Positions 16,742 through 25,254 of a DNA stretch of 32,000 bases are shown here, piece by piece. Every line of letters begins with the position of its first letter. The first letter of the stretch is position 1. Location: contig NZ_CP027570.1 in NCBI RefSeq assembly GCF_003010495.1, positions 1,200,001 to 1,232,000 on the forward strand, in the 5' to 3' direction. Source of the DNA: Megasphaera elsdenii DSM 20460 (lineage in GTDB: Bacteria; Bacillota; Negativicutes; Veillonellales; Megasphaeraceae). A model generated the notes under the pieces. That model did not search any database, was not told where the DNA came from, and saw nothing but the letters and a program-made list of their open reading frames with translations. The position numbers and the translations under genes are program-made.

Positions 16742-17788
16742 TTGGGATATGAATGTTTATTGGCATTAGATGAAAAATATGGAACTGAATTGAAGGCTGC
16801 TACTTTGATTTTAGGTAATGGCTCCAGCATTTCTTACAGTTCAAAGTTTGCCTATTCCAGTTTATATGATGAAGCTGCTTTTACTGATGAAGAAAAACAA
16901 CTTTTTGATAAATTTGATACGAATAATTTCGAATATATTTTGCGAAAGTTATTTCAAGCTAGTGAAGTAAATAAAGTTCTAGAACTTGATCAAGGAAAAA
17001 AGGTTAATTCTGTGTATGAAAATATTCGATTGAAATTGATTGAGACAATAAGATGTATTCATCCAGTTATGAGCGATATTGATCCAGCTACTGTTCATGA
17101 TAAGGTATTTCGAATCATGATGGATTATAGATATATCATTGATTTGAATTATGACTTCTTATTGTATTGGATTTTAAGTAACAATGGTTTTTTATCTTCT
17201 TTTCCAATTGAAGAGAATGGGGCGAGAAGAAACGTATTCCAAGGGAGTCCTTTTCAATATTTTTATGATGGTTTTCGGAAAAATTGTGGAACTCATCTTT
17301 CTTTTGACTATGATTTTGTGGAAGAAGAGATAAGGAAAGAAGAGAAAACAGGAATATTTTATCCGCATGGAAATTTGTTATTCGTTCGAGATAAATTCGC
17401 TGGAGAAACATTAAAAATAAAAAGTGATGGCGATTTATTTGACGTTGTTGATAAAGATTGGGAAAAGGGATATACTCCACTCTTTATTAGTGAAGGAACA
17501 GCTAATAAAAAAATGAATAGCATACGGAGTATTTCTTACTTGAATTATGTTTATAATGAAATACTTAGCAACCTTACTGATTTTATAGTTATTTACGGCT
17601 GGTCAATGGGAGACTGCGATACTCATTTAATAAAGAAAATATTTTCCAATAAAAAAATTAAGACAGTTGCAGTTTCCATTTATAATGAAAATAGGGAGTT
17701 ACAAGCAATACAAGAAGAAAAAATAGCAATAGAAAACAAGATAAAACACTATAATAAAGAAATAGCGGTTGAATTCTGGGAATGCTGA
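16742..17788 (+). CDS. DUF4917 family (SIR2-like fold) protein
   Basis: The motif series LILGNGSSIS, NYDFLLYW, FYPHGNL, PLFISEGTANKKMNSIRSISYL and VIYGWSMGDCDTHL matches my recollection of DUF4917. The start is uncertain: TTG 16742, while the ATG at 16732 is out of frame. Confidence 0.55.
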   Translation: MGYECLLALDEKYGTELKAATLILGNGSSISYSSKFAYSSLYDEAAFTDEEKQLFDKFDTNNFEYILRKLFQASEVNKVLELDQGKKVNSVYENIRLKLIETIRCIHPVMSDIDPATVHDKVFRIMMDYRYIIDLNYDFLLYWILSNNGFLSSFPIEENGARRNVFQGSPFQYFYDGFRKNCGTHLSFDYDFVEEEIRKEEKTGIFYPHGNLLFVRDKFAGETLKIKSDGDLFDVVDKDWEKGYTPLFISEGTANKKMNSIRSISYLNYVYNEILSNLTDFIVIYGWSMGDCDTHLIKKIFSNKKIKTVAVSIYNENRELQAIQEEKIAIENKIKHYNKEIAVEFWEC

Positions 17789-17845
17789 CATTAGATAGAG
17801 AATTGAATTATATGTAAGTGATTTTTAAAAACTATCGGATAATAT

Positions 17846-17862
17846 CAGCACTTTACAACTTT
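17846..17862 (-). repeat. 17-nt core repeat, copy D
   Basis: cagcactttacaacttt. It overlaps a + strand promoter-like element. Confidence 0.6.
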
Positions 17863-17879
17863 ATAAGGTATGATATTTT
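17852..17879 (+). promoter_or_regulatory. Possible promoter ~365 nt upstream of the large NTPase gene
   Basis: TTTACA (17852-17857), 16-nt spacer, TGaTATTTT (17871-17879). It shares the ggtatgatat block with the RT promoter. Confidence 0.35.
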
Positions 17880-18243
17880 TGCAAAATAAAGATGTAAACC
17901 TAGCTAAACAGAGTGAGATATTGAACAATCTGTGGGACTAGGAAGCTGCTGAGCTGACCAATGCTTCTAAAAGATGAGTGTACGGAACAGCGAAAGGGGT
18001 ACCGTTCCAACCATTACCGCAGAAATCTGCATAGCATCTACCATAATGTAGAAAGTGGGTTGATACTTGCTTGTACTAGGCGGTGTCATGTCGTAATTAC
18101 TCAGTGAGTCATAAATAAATATATGACCATGAAGCATCTGTACGGATACGATACCGCGGCCATCCTCTACTAATTTTACAAGACTTTAAATATTAGTAAT
18201 TTAGAGATTACTATGATAATATTTCACAGCTAGGAGAGATAAT

Positions 18244-21200
18244 ATGTGCTTGAAGCAGATATTGCAAAAAATAAAGAACATGACAAAATCTAATAAAAAT
18301 GAAATGAAGGAAGACCATAAAAATAAATATAATGATCTTGCTCCTATAAATACTTTATCACAGGATGATACCTATATTCAGGCTTTAAATTGGGCGTTTA
18401 TGAATCCGTCTATTAAAAATATTGCATTAACTGGAGCATATGGATCCGGTAAAAGTAGTATTTTACTTTCATTTTTGGAACAATATGAAAACATAAGAAA
18501 AAAGACTTTATCCATATCTTTGGCCAGCTTTATTGATAAATTACAGGAGAATCAAGATAATAATTCTACTGAAGATAAGATTATCAAGCTTGATATTAAT
18601 GAAATTGAAAAAAGTATTTTAAAGCAACTTTTTTATAAAGTAGCTCCTTCAAAAATACCACAAAGCCGTTTTCAAAGGATTCGCATTATAAAAGGAAAAA
18701 AGATATTTCTTGAGATTATAGCTGTAACGATTTTTATTTTTTTCTGTACTTATTTTTTTCGTCCTCAATACTTGGATTATTTAATCAGCTCAATTAGTTA
18801 TGGGTATCAACGACATTTTTCTGCTTTAGAAGAAGATTTACTTACCATAGTTTCCTATATTACTTTTATTGGTCTTATATTAGGGGGAATTTTTTTTATA
18901 GAAAAGATAGTGAAATGGATTTTAATATCCTTTCATTTGAAAAAAGTAACCATTCAAGGTTCAATTCAAGCAGAAACAGGAAATGATGAAGAGTCCATAT
19001 TTGATAAAAATATGGATGAAATTATTTATTTTTTTGAGAGTACTCGCTATACTACTATATTTTTTGAAGACCTTGACCGTCTGCAGAATAACAGATTGTT
19101 TGTGCACTTAAGGGCTCTTAATAATATGTTGAACCAATGTGATGTCTTAGAACGGCCGATTCGGTTTGTATATGCTGTTAAAGATGATATTTTTGAAAAA
19201 GAAGACCGTACTAAATTTTTTGAATTTATTTTGCCAGTGATTCCTATTATTAATGCTACGAATTCAGGGGAAGAGATTCGCCGATGGGTAACAGATCACA
19301 ACTATGGAAAAATTTTTGATGAGGATTTTATCGATGATATTGCTCCATATATTGATGATATGCGTGTGCTTCAAAATATTTTTAATGAATATGAGATTTA
19401 TAGAGAGCAAATTATCAATAGGACTGGATTAAATTTAGATCCAAAGAAATTGTTTGCAGTTATTGCATTTAAAAATATCTATCCATCGGATTTTTCTGAT
19501 TTACAAAATGAAAAGGGGATAGTAAAGCAAGCCTTTTACGAAAAAGAGAAAATCCTTAAGCAAAAAATTAAAGATTTAAATGACCTGATTGAAAAAGAAG
19601 AATCAACGTTTAAAAATTTGAAAGATGATGAGTTGCAAAGTGTAAATGCGATTAAAAGCGCAATGCTTGCTGATTTTGTTGATTGGAAAGGATTTGCAGA
19701 GAGTTTTAATGTCTATTCATGGAAAGATAATGAAAAATCATCTAGTTCAATTTTATTTGACTTCAAAACAATAATGAATCCAAATTTCGATTTAAATGAA
19801 TTAAAAAATATTAATGAATGCTATATACACTCTCCTGGGATAGGCAATGTTACAAAAATGTCTCTTTATGAAAAAGTCGAAAAATATTATCCAGTATGGA
19901 AACGTCATTATGAATATGATGGGAAAATTGAAGAACTTAAACTTGAAATCAATACTACACGTGACAAAATAAAAAAGTACCGCAATATGACGATGAAAGA
20001 AATTTTAGATTGCGATGAAAATGATGTTCTCTCCGAGCAAATCAAGCAAAATAAACTATTGGTATTTCTGTTGCGTAATGGTTATCTAGATGAAACCTAT
20101 GCTTCTTATATCAACTATTTCCAGGCAAACAGTACAACTTATAGCGATAGAAATTTCATCTTGTCGGTGAAAAACAGGGAACCTTTGCCTTTTGACTATA
20201 GATTGGTAAAAATTTCTCAAGTCATTAAAAAATTAAAGCTTGGGGATTTTGACTATCCGGCAGTGTATAATTTTGATTTACTTAATGAAATGTTGATGCA
20301 TGCGGAATCCTACGAAGAGAAATTAGAAGAATTCATGAAACAATTGGGGAAAGAGGATAAAAACAGTTGGAATTTTATAGATGAATTTGTTGGATATGCC
20401 CAATCACCGGCACTTTTTGTAAAATATTTGGCACACTATTGGTCAAATATGTGGAATTTTATTCTTGACTCTTCCTTATTAGAACAGCGTAAGGTATTTT
20501 ATTTGAAGTTGTTAATTGATGATGCAAAACTTGATGACCTTTGTCTCATGAATAAATCTAATTCATTAAGTACGTATTTTAGAGAAACTCATGATATTTT
20601 ACAGAAGCTTCATGATGTTGATGAAGAAAAAATGATTGCTCTTATGGGACGGTTGCAAATTAAATTTAGCCAAGCTGAATTAACTGGAGTCAGTGAAAAG
20701 TTGGTACAATATATCATACAACAACGAATGTATATTTTGAATCCGTATATGCTAAATCAGATTATTTCCTGGAATTTTCCGCAAAAGGAAAATGCAGCAT
20801 TGAGGGAAAATTATACGGTGATTTTGGAAGCAGATATAAAGCCCGTACTGGAATACATAGATGACAATATTGAAGAATACGTAAAAAATGTTACTTTATC
20901 AAAAGAAAATACTCAGGAAAGTAATAGAGCGGTAGTGGGATTATTAACCAAAATTATCGACGATAAAGAACTTTGCTGTGATGTAATTAGGCACCAGGGG
21001 AAAATAGAGTTCAACGACTTGGCAGATTGTAATGGTGAACAGACGGAAAAATCAAAAGACTCTGTAAAGGCAATTTGGGATGTTATCTTGGAAGAAAACA
21101 AAGTTGTGGCTTCCTGGAGTAATGTTCGGGTCTACTGGAAGCACTTTGGAGTCACTAAAAATCTAGTTTCTTTTGTCGATGTAAACTATGCAAAGTTAGA

Positions 21201-21954
21201 CAAATTGGATAATGAAGATGATAACTCAAACTTCGTTGTTCAATTCATTAAATCAGATTTGGTTGATGTTTCTTTGCTGAAAAAAATAAAATTTGCCTTA
21301 GTCATTACTGATATGGGAGATATTATTAATAAGATTCCAGAAGATAAAGTTGAAGTTTTGGTAGAAAAAAATGTTATCTCGTTTACGTTAGATAATTTAC
21401 AATTACTGCATGATTATTTGGATGATGAAAGAATTATGGCTAAATTTATTGTTTCAAATCAAGATTTGTTCTTTGCGAAAATTTCTGAAGACAGTGAAGC
21501 AGTGGATTATATTGTAAAAGATCAGAATTTAATTTTACACTTGATTTATCAAGATGAGATCAGTACTGAAAATAAAAATAAATTAATTGCATCAATAGAT
21601 GCAGACACTATTGATATAGAAATTGCAAAAAAGATAATTGAGATGAAGTTAAAAATTAATAGAGAGCAATTTTATGCAATTTGGAATCAAGTTGATCAAA
21701 ATTTGAAAGTGAAGTTATTCTATCAGTATATGGAATTGTTAACAGTTGATGATTTTCAAGATATTTTTCAACAGCTGAAAAATCAGAGTTCTGCTTTTGA
21801 AAAGTTAGCTCAAAGGGAGGCAAGAAAGCAAGTAAAACTTTCCAATACACCTGATAATATCAAACTGGCAAAGTGTTTAAGAAACAAGGGATATATTACT
21901 AGTTTTAACGAAATTGATACGAAAATTGAAATGCGAATCAAGAAATCACAGTAA
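18244..21954 (+). CDS. YobI/KAP-family P-loop NTPase, 1236 aa, with two TM helices inserted in the NTPase domain
   Basis: Walker A GAYGSGKS (18433-18456). Two hydrophobic helices follow (IFLEIIAVTIFIFFCTYFF and IVSYITFIGLILGGIFFI), then Walker B TTIFFEDLDR. The remaining ~900 aa are helical or coiled-coil. AGGAG at 18232-18236 precedes ATG 18244. Confidence 0.7.
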   Translation: MCLKQILQKIKNMTKSNKNEMKEDHKNKYNDLAPINTLSQDDTYIQALNWAFMNPSIKNIALTGAYGSGKSSILLSFLEQYENIRKKTLSISLASFIDKLQENQDNNSTEDKIIKLDINEIEKSILKQLFYKVAPSKIPQSRFQRIRIIKGKKIFLEIIAVTIFIFFCTYFFRPQYLDYLISSISYGYQRHFSALEEDLLTIVSYITFIGLILGGIFFIEKIVKWILISFHLKKVTIQGSIQAETGNDEESIFDKNMDEIIYFFESTRYTTIFFEDLDRLQNNRLFVHLRALNNMLNQCDVLERPIRFVYAVKDDIFEKEDRTKFFEFILPVIPIINATNSGEEIRRWVTDHNYGKIFDEDFIDDIAPYIDDMRVLQNIFNEYEIYREQIINRTGLNLDPKKLFAVIAFKNIYPSDFSDLQNEKGIVKQAFYEKEKILKQKIKDLNDLIEKEESTFKNLKDDELQSVNAIKSAMLADFVDWKGFAESFNVYSWKDNEKSSSSILFDFKTIMNPNFDLNELKNINECYIHSPGIGNVTKMSLYEKVEKYYPVWKRHYEYDGKIEELKLEINTTRDKIKKYRNMTMKEILDCDENDVLSEQIKQNKLLVFLLRNGYLDETYASYINYFQANSTTYSDRNFILSVKNREPLPFDYRLVKISQVIKKLKLGDFDYPAVYNFDLLNEMLMHAESYEEKLEEFMKQLGKEDKNSWNFIDEFVGYAQSPALFVKYLAHYWSNMWNFILDSSLLEQRKVFYLKLLIDDAKLDDLCLMNKSNSLSTYFRETHDILQKLHDVDEEKMIALMGRLQIKFSQAELTGVSEKLVQYIIQQRMYILNPYMLNQIISWNFPQKENAALRENYTVILEADIKPVLEYIDDNIEEYVKNVTLSKENTQESNRAVVGLLTKIIDDKELCCDVIRHQGKIEFNDLADCNGEQTEKSKDSVKAIWDVILEENKVVASWSNVRVYWKHFGVTKNLVSFVDVNYAKLDKLDNEDDNSNFVVQFIKSDLVDVSLLKKIKFALVITDMGDIINKIPEDKVEVLVEKNVISFTLDNLQLLHDYLDDERIMAKFIVSNQDLFFAKISEDSEAVDYIVKDQNLILHLIYQDEISTENKNKLIASIDADTIDIEIAKKIIEMKLKINREQFYAIWNQVDQNLKVKLFYQYMELLTVDDFQDIFQQLKNQSSAFEKLAQREARKQVKLSNTPDNIKLAKCLRNKGYITSFNEIDTKIEMRIKKSQ

Positions 21955-22214
21955 TTTTACTTACAATGGAACCTGATGCCCAAAGAAATCAATTCATCTG
22001 AATAAATACTAGCAAAAAACCGAACCATAATATCCGGCTTTTTCTATACACAGGTTTATTTTGCATTTACTCTATAGGCGATGATAAAGTAAACAAATTC
22101 AACAATGGCTGGCATCACTCTTTTTGTAAATTGTCTTGATGAACAAATGAGAATAACGTTAAAATGGTAAAAATTAGTTCGTGATACTGGATAAATAAAT
22201 GTGGAGGGATGTAA

Positions 22215-23729
22215 ATGGACATCAAGGATTTTCAAGGGATTGAAGCAAGTTTTTTAGATTACAAAATTTTTTTAGAGGCAGAAAAACCTAAAAGTTGGTT
22301 AAAATCAGTTTCGGCATTTGCAAATACGAAGGGCGGACATATTTTATTTGGAGTTACAGATAAAACGCACGAAGCCATCGGTTTAGATGATGTGCAGAAG
22401 GCAGCTAGCAAAATCGCAGAAATAATTTCAGTTCGAATTAGTCCGAAGGTAAATTATACGATAGATACTTTTCCAGGTACTCGTGAAGGGAAGTTCTGTC
22501 TTGACTTATCTATTTTTCCAGGGCCTCATTATCCTTATTATTACGTGCATGAACAGACTCGGGAATGTTATGTTCGAAGAGGCGATCGCTCTGAACCAGC
22601 GACTACCTTAGAAATTAATACGCTTATTTTGAAAGGTATGAATCAAACGTATGATGCATTGCCGACTTCTTATAAACTAGATGACATTAGCTTTACTTTG
22701 TTAGGTGCAACTTTCAAACAGGAAACTGGAGAAAGTTTTAATTTGCCACAGGATGCAGTTTCCTTGGGGCTGACAACTCCCAGCGGAGAAGTTACCAATG
22801 CGGGATTGTTGCTTTGTGATCAAGGTGTTTTACGACATTCCCGTGTCGTCTGTACGCATTGGAAAGGTAAAGAAAAGGGAGCGATTGATGGAGATGCATT
22901 AGATGATCAGGAGTTTTTTGGAACTAGCCTTATTATGCTTTTGAGTAATACAGAAGCGTTTATACGAAATAATTCAAAAAATCCGTGGACAATTCGGGGA
23001 ATGCGACGAGAAGAGAATAGTGATTATCCTTTTAAGGCAGTTCGCGAAGTTTTGGTAAATGCCTTGATTCATAGAGATTATCAAAATATTGGTGCTGAAG
23101 TACATGTTGACATGTACGATGATCGTATGGAAATATCTTCTCCGGGAGGTATGATGAATGGTAGCCGTATTCAAGATTTGGATTTGAGTATGGTGCCATC
23201 TATGAGAAGAAATGAAATTATTTCAGATATTTTTGGAAGATTGCATTATATGGATCGTCGAGGCAGTGGGATACGGCGGATTATAAATTCATATGCTCAT
23301 TTCAAAATTAAACCGAATTTTTATTCTAATGAGTATTTTTTTCTTGTTTCTCTGCCCAATAGAGGAGTACCATCAAAAATTAAACATACTACGGAAGAAA
23401 CGCAACTTACGAGTGGAGAAACGCAACTTACAAGTGGAGAAACGCAACTTACGAGTGGAGAAATGCAACTTACAGGAGAAAAAATGACGCTTGAAATGTG
23501 GAAGACTAATATACGGCAAAAAACTGGAAATAAGTTTCAACCAAGAACTGTGGATAAACTTGCTAAATTAATGGCGATTTATGAAGATAAGTATCCCTTC
23601 AATCGACAAATTGTAGCGAATCGATTTGAAATAAGCGAAAATGCTGCATCTCGGATACTAAAAAGAGCAATTGAGTGTGGTATTGTTAGGAAAGAGAAAA
23701 AAGGCGTTTACTATTTTCAATTTCCTTAA
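22215..23729 (+). CDS. AlbA_2 (Schlafen-like) + HATPase_c_4 (RecG-C-like) + C-terminal wHTH protein
   Basis: N-terminal KSWLKSVSAFANTKGGHILFGV (AlbA_2), central AVREVLVNALIHRDY...MEISSPGG (HATPase_c_4), and C-terminal ISENAASRILKRAIECGIVRKEKKGVYYF (wHTH). GGAGGG SD is present. Confidence 0.75.
   Translation: MDIKDFQGIEASFLDYKIFLEAEKPKSWLKSVSAFANTKGGHILFGVTDKTHEAIGLDDVQKAASKIAEIISVRISPKVNYTIDTFPGTREGKFCLDLSIFPGPHYPYYYVHEQTRECYVRRGDRSEPATTLEINTLILKGMNQTYDALPTSYKLDDISFTLLGATFKQETGESFNLPQDAVSLGLTTPSGEVTNAGLLLCDQGVLRHSRVVCTHWKGKEKGAIDGDALDDQEFFGTSLIMLLSNTEAFIRNNSKNPWTIRGMRREENSDYPFKAVREVLVNALIHRDYQNIGAEVHVDMYDDRMEISSPGGMMNGSRIQDLDLSMVPSMRRNEIISDIFGRLHYMDRRGSGIRRIINSYAHFKIKPNFYSNEYFFLVSLPNRGVPSKIKHTTEETQLTSGETQLTSGETQLTSGEMQLTGEKMTLEMWKTNIRQKTGNKFQPRTVDKLAKLMAIYEDKYPFNRQIVANRFEISENAASRILKRAIECGIVRKEKKGVYYFQFP
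23397..23478 (+). repeat. In-frame 21-bp tandem repeat (~3.8 units) in the linker of the AlbA_2 gene
   Basis: The gaaacgcaacttacgagtgga units at 23397, 23418 and 23439 plus a partial fourth encode ETQLTSG repeats. Confidence 0.9.
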
Positions 23730-23801
23730 AAAGTTAAATCCGCATATCGGTGATAATATATTAATGAAATTAACAAAAAGTTTGAGGCGGAGGTCAGTTT
23801 T

Positions 23802-24107
23802 GTGGGGCGTATTGTGAAAAATAATCTTGTCATATTGCTGGCGGCTATGGGGGCGTTGGTCTCGATGGTCATTGTACCGTCGTCGATGGGGTATGTGGAG
23901 TATCTCAATGGGCCTGTGCTGGGAATTTTGTTTTGCCTTATGGTTGTCATTGGCGGGTTTCGTGAAAGCGGCGTCTTTTCGGTGTTATTGTCCCAGCTCC
24001 TATTGCGGCTGGGAACGTTTCGTCAGTTGGCGATGGTGCTGGTCTTCATAAACAATCCGGTTGCGGTGATTTCACCGCAGCCGGATTGTTTTGTTAATAA
24101 AAAATAA
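23802..24107 (+). pseudogene. Duplicated 5' fragment of the ArsB/NhaD-type permease gene, truncated at hairpin R3
   Basis: 23764-24046 aligns base for base, with a few mismatches, with 27616-27898. Homology stops at ggtctt (24041-24046), where the R3 hairpin begins. Confidence 0.75.
24049..24094 (+). terminator. Hairpin repeat R3 (near-perfect ~20-bp stem) at the left junction of the IetAS-like cassette
   Basis: In ataaacaatccggttgcggtgatttcaccgcagccggattgttttg, aaacaatccggttgcggtga pairs with tcaccgcagccggattgttt (two G-T pairs), followed by a T-rich tail. Confidence 0.65.
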
Positions 24108-24122
24108 TATATTGTCCCAATA

Positions 24123-24151
24123 TTGAAAAAAATGTCCCAATAAGTTATAAT
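24123..24151 (+). promoter_or_regulatory. Near-consensus promoter of the IetAS-like operon, flanked by two 10-bp direct repeats
   Basis: TTGAAA (24123-24128), 17-nt spacer, TATAAT (24146-24151). TGTCCCAATA occurs at 24113-24122 and again at 24133-24142. Confidence 0.55.
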
Positions 24152-24198
24152 GACAGGAGAAATAAGAGATGCTGTAAAGTGTAAGGAGCTGGAGTGTG

Positions 24199-25254
24199 AT
24201 GAAAAAAAAAGATATTGTAAATTTAATTAAATGTTATGCAGAAGGTAATGATGCTGGATTTAGGACTACAGCTTATCAAATTGCCAAAGAATTCGATCAA
24301 AGTGGAGATACCCAATTAGGACTTTATCTTATGTCACTATTATCAGATGCCAATACGTTTGTACCACAAGTGCAGGAAAGTAAAGAAACATATACCGGAT
24401 TGCAATATCTTGATAAGGCTTCTGCTTGTGAAGAAATGCTGCTTTTACCAGACGTAATTATGAATGATATATTAGGGATTGTAAACGCTATTAATCATCA
24501 TATGGGGATTCATCGTTTCTTATTTGAAGGGGCTCCTGGTACAGGAAAAACAGAAGCAGTAAAACAACTTGGCAGAATTTTAAATCGAGATGTTTATATG
24601 GTGAACTTCTCTGAACTTATTGACAGTAGATTAGGGCAGACTGCAAAAAATATAGTAGCTTTATTTAAAGAAATGAATGGGATTTATCAAAAATATAATA
24701 TGATTTTCTTATTTGATGAAATTGATGCATTGGCTTTAGATAGAACAAATAATAATGATTTACGGGAAATGGGAAGAGCTACTTCTACTTTATTGAAATG
24801 TCTTGATTTACTGGATAAGGATATTATTTTAGTTGCGACAACCAATCTATATTCCTATTTTGACAGAGCTTTAATCAGGAGATTTGATTCGGTTATTAGT
24901 TTTAATCGATATACACAGGACGATTTGTTGGATATTGCTGAGAAAATTTTAAACCGATATTTAGATCAATTGCATTTAAAAAATCGGGATGTTCGGCTGT
25001 TTCGTAAAATTATGAAATTAATGGATCAATTACCTTATCCTGGGGATTTGAAGAATATAGTCCGTACGGCTGTAGCTTTTAGCAACCCTAATGACGAATG
25101 TGATTATTTTAGACGATTATATAGCGCAATTTGTGGTAAAAATCCGGATAATTTAAGTGAATTAAAAAAACAAAAATTTACAGTAAGAGAGATGGCTATA
25201 CTCACAAATAAATCTAAAAGTACTATTGATAGAGAGCTTAAGGAGGCGTTATAA
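24199..25254 (+). CDS. AAA+ ATPase, IetA-like
   Basis: Walker A GAPGTGKTE, Walker B MIFLFDEIDAL, and sensor-1/Arg finger LVATTN...RRFD. AAGGAG at 24183-24188. The stop TAA 25252-25254 abuts the next ATG. Confidence 0.75.
   Translation: MKKKDIVNLIKCYAEGNDAGFRTTAYQIAKEFDQSGDTQLGLYLMSLLSDANTFVPQVQESKETYTGLQYLDKASACEEMLLLPDVIMNDILGIVNAINHHMGIHRFLFEGAPGTGKTEAVKQLGRILNRDVYMVNFSELIDSRLGQTAKNIVALFKEMNGIYQKYNMIFLFDEIDALALDRTNNNDLREMGRATSTLLKCLDLLDKDIILVATTNLYSYFDRALIRRFDSVISFNRYTQDDLLDIAEKILNRYLDQLHLKNRDVRLFRKIMKLMDQLPYPGDLKNIVRTAVAFSNPNDECDYFRRLYSAICGKNPDNLSELKKQKFTVREMAILTNKSKSTIDRELKEAL

Noticed and set aside
23397-23478. 21-bp tandem repeats as a possible CRISPR array
   Set aside because: The units are contiguous with no spacers, in frame inside a CDS, and encode a heptapeptide repeat. 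The ORF at 23293-23487 is just an alternative frame through the repeat.
23726-23950. Minus-strand ORFs 23726-23950 and 27449-27802 (near-identical MTTIRQNKIPSTGPLRYSTY... products), plus the + strand alternative frame 23827-24051
   Set aside because: They are antisense or alternative frames of the duplicated permease 5' region. Their duplication simply mirrors the 350-bp direct repeat.
7106-24094. The hairpin repeats R1-R3 as integron attC sites
   Set aside because: The R''/R' core sites (RYYYAAC / GTTRRRY) are not present at the stem ends, there is no intI gene or attI in the window, and the cassettes carry their own promoters.
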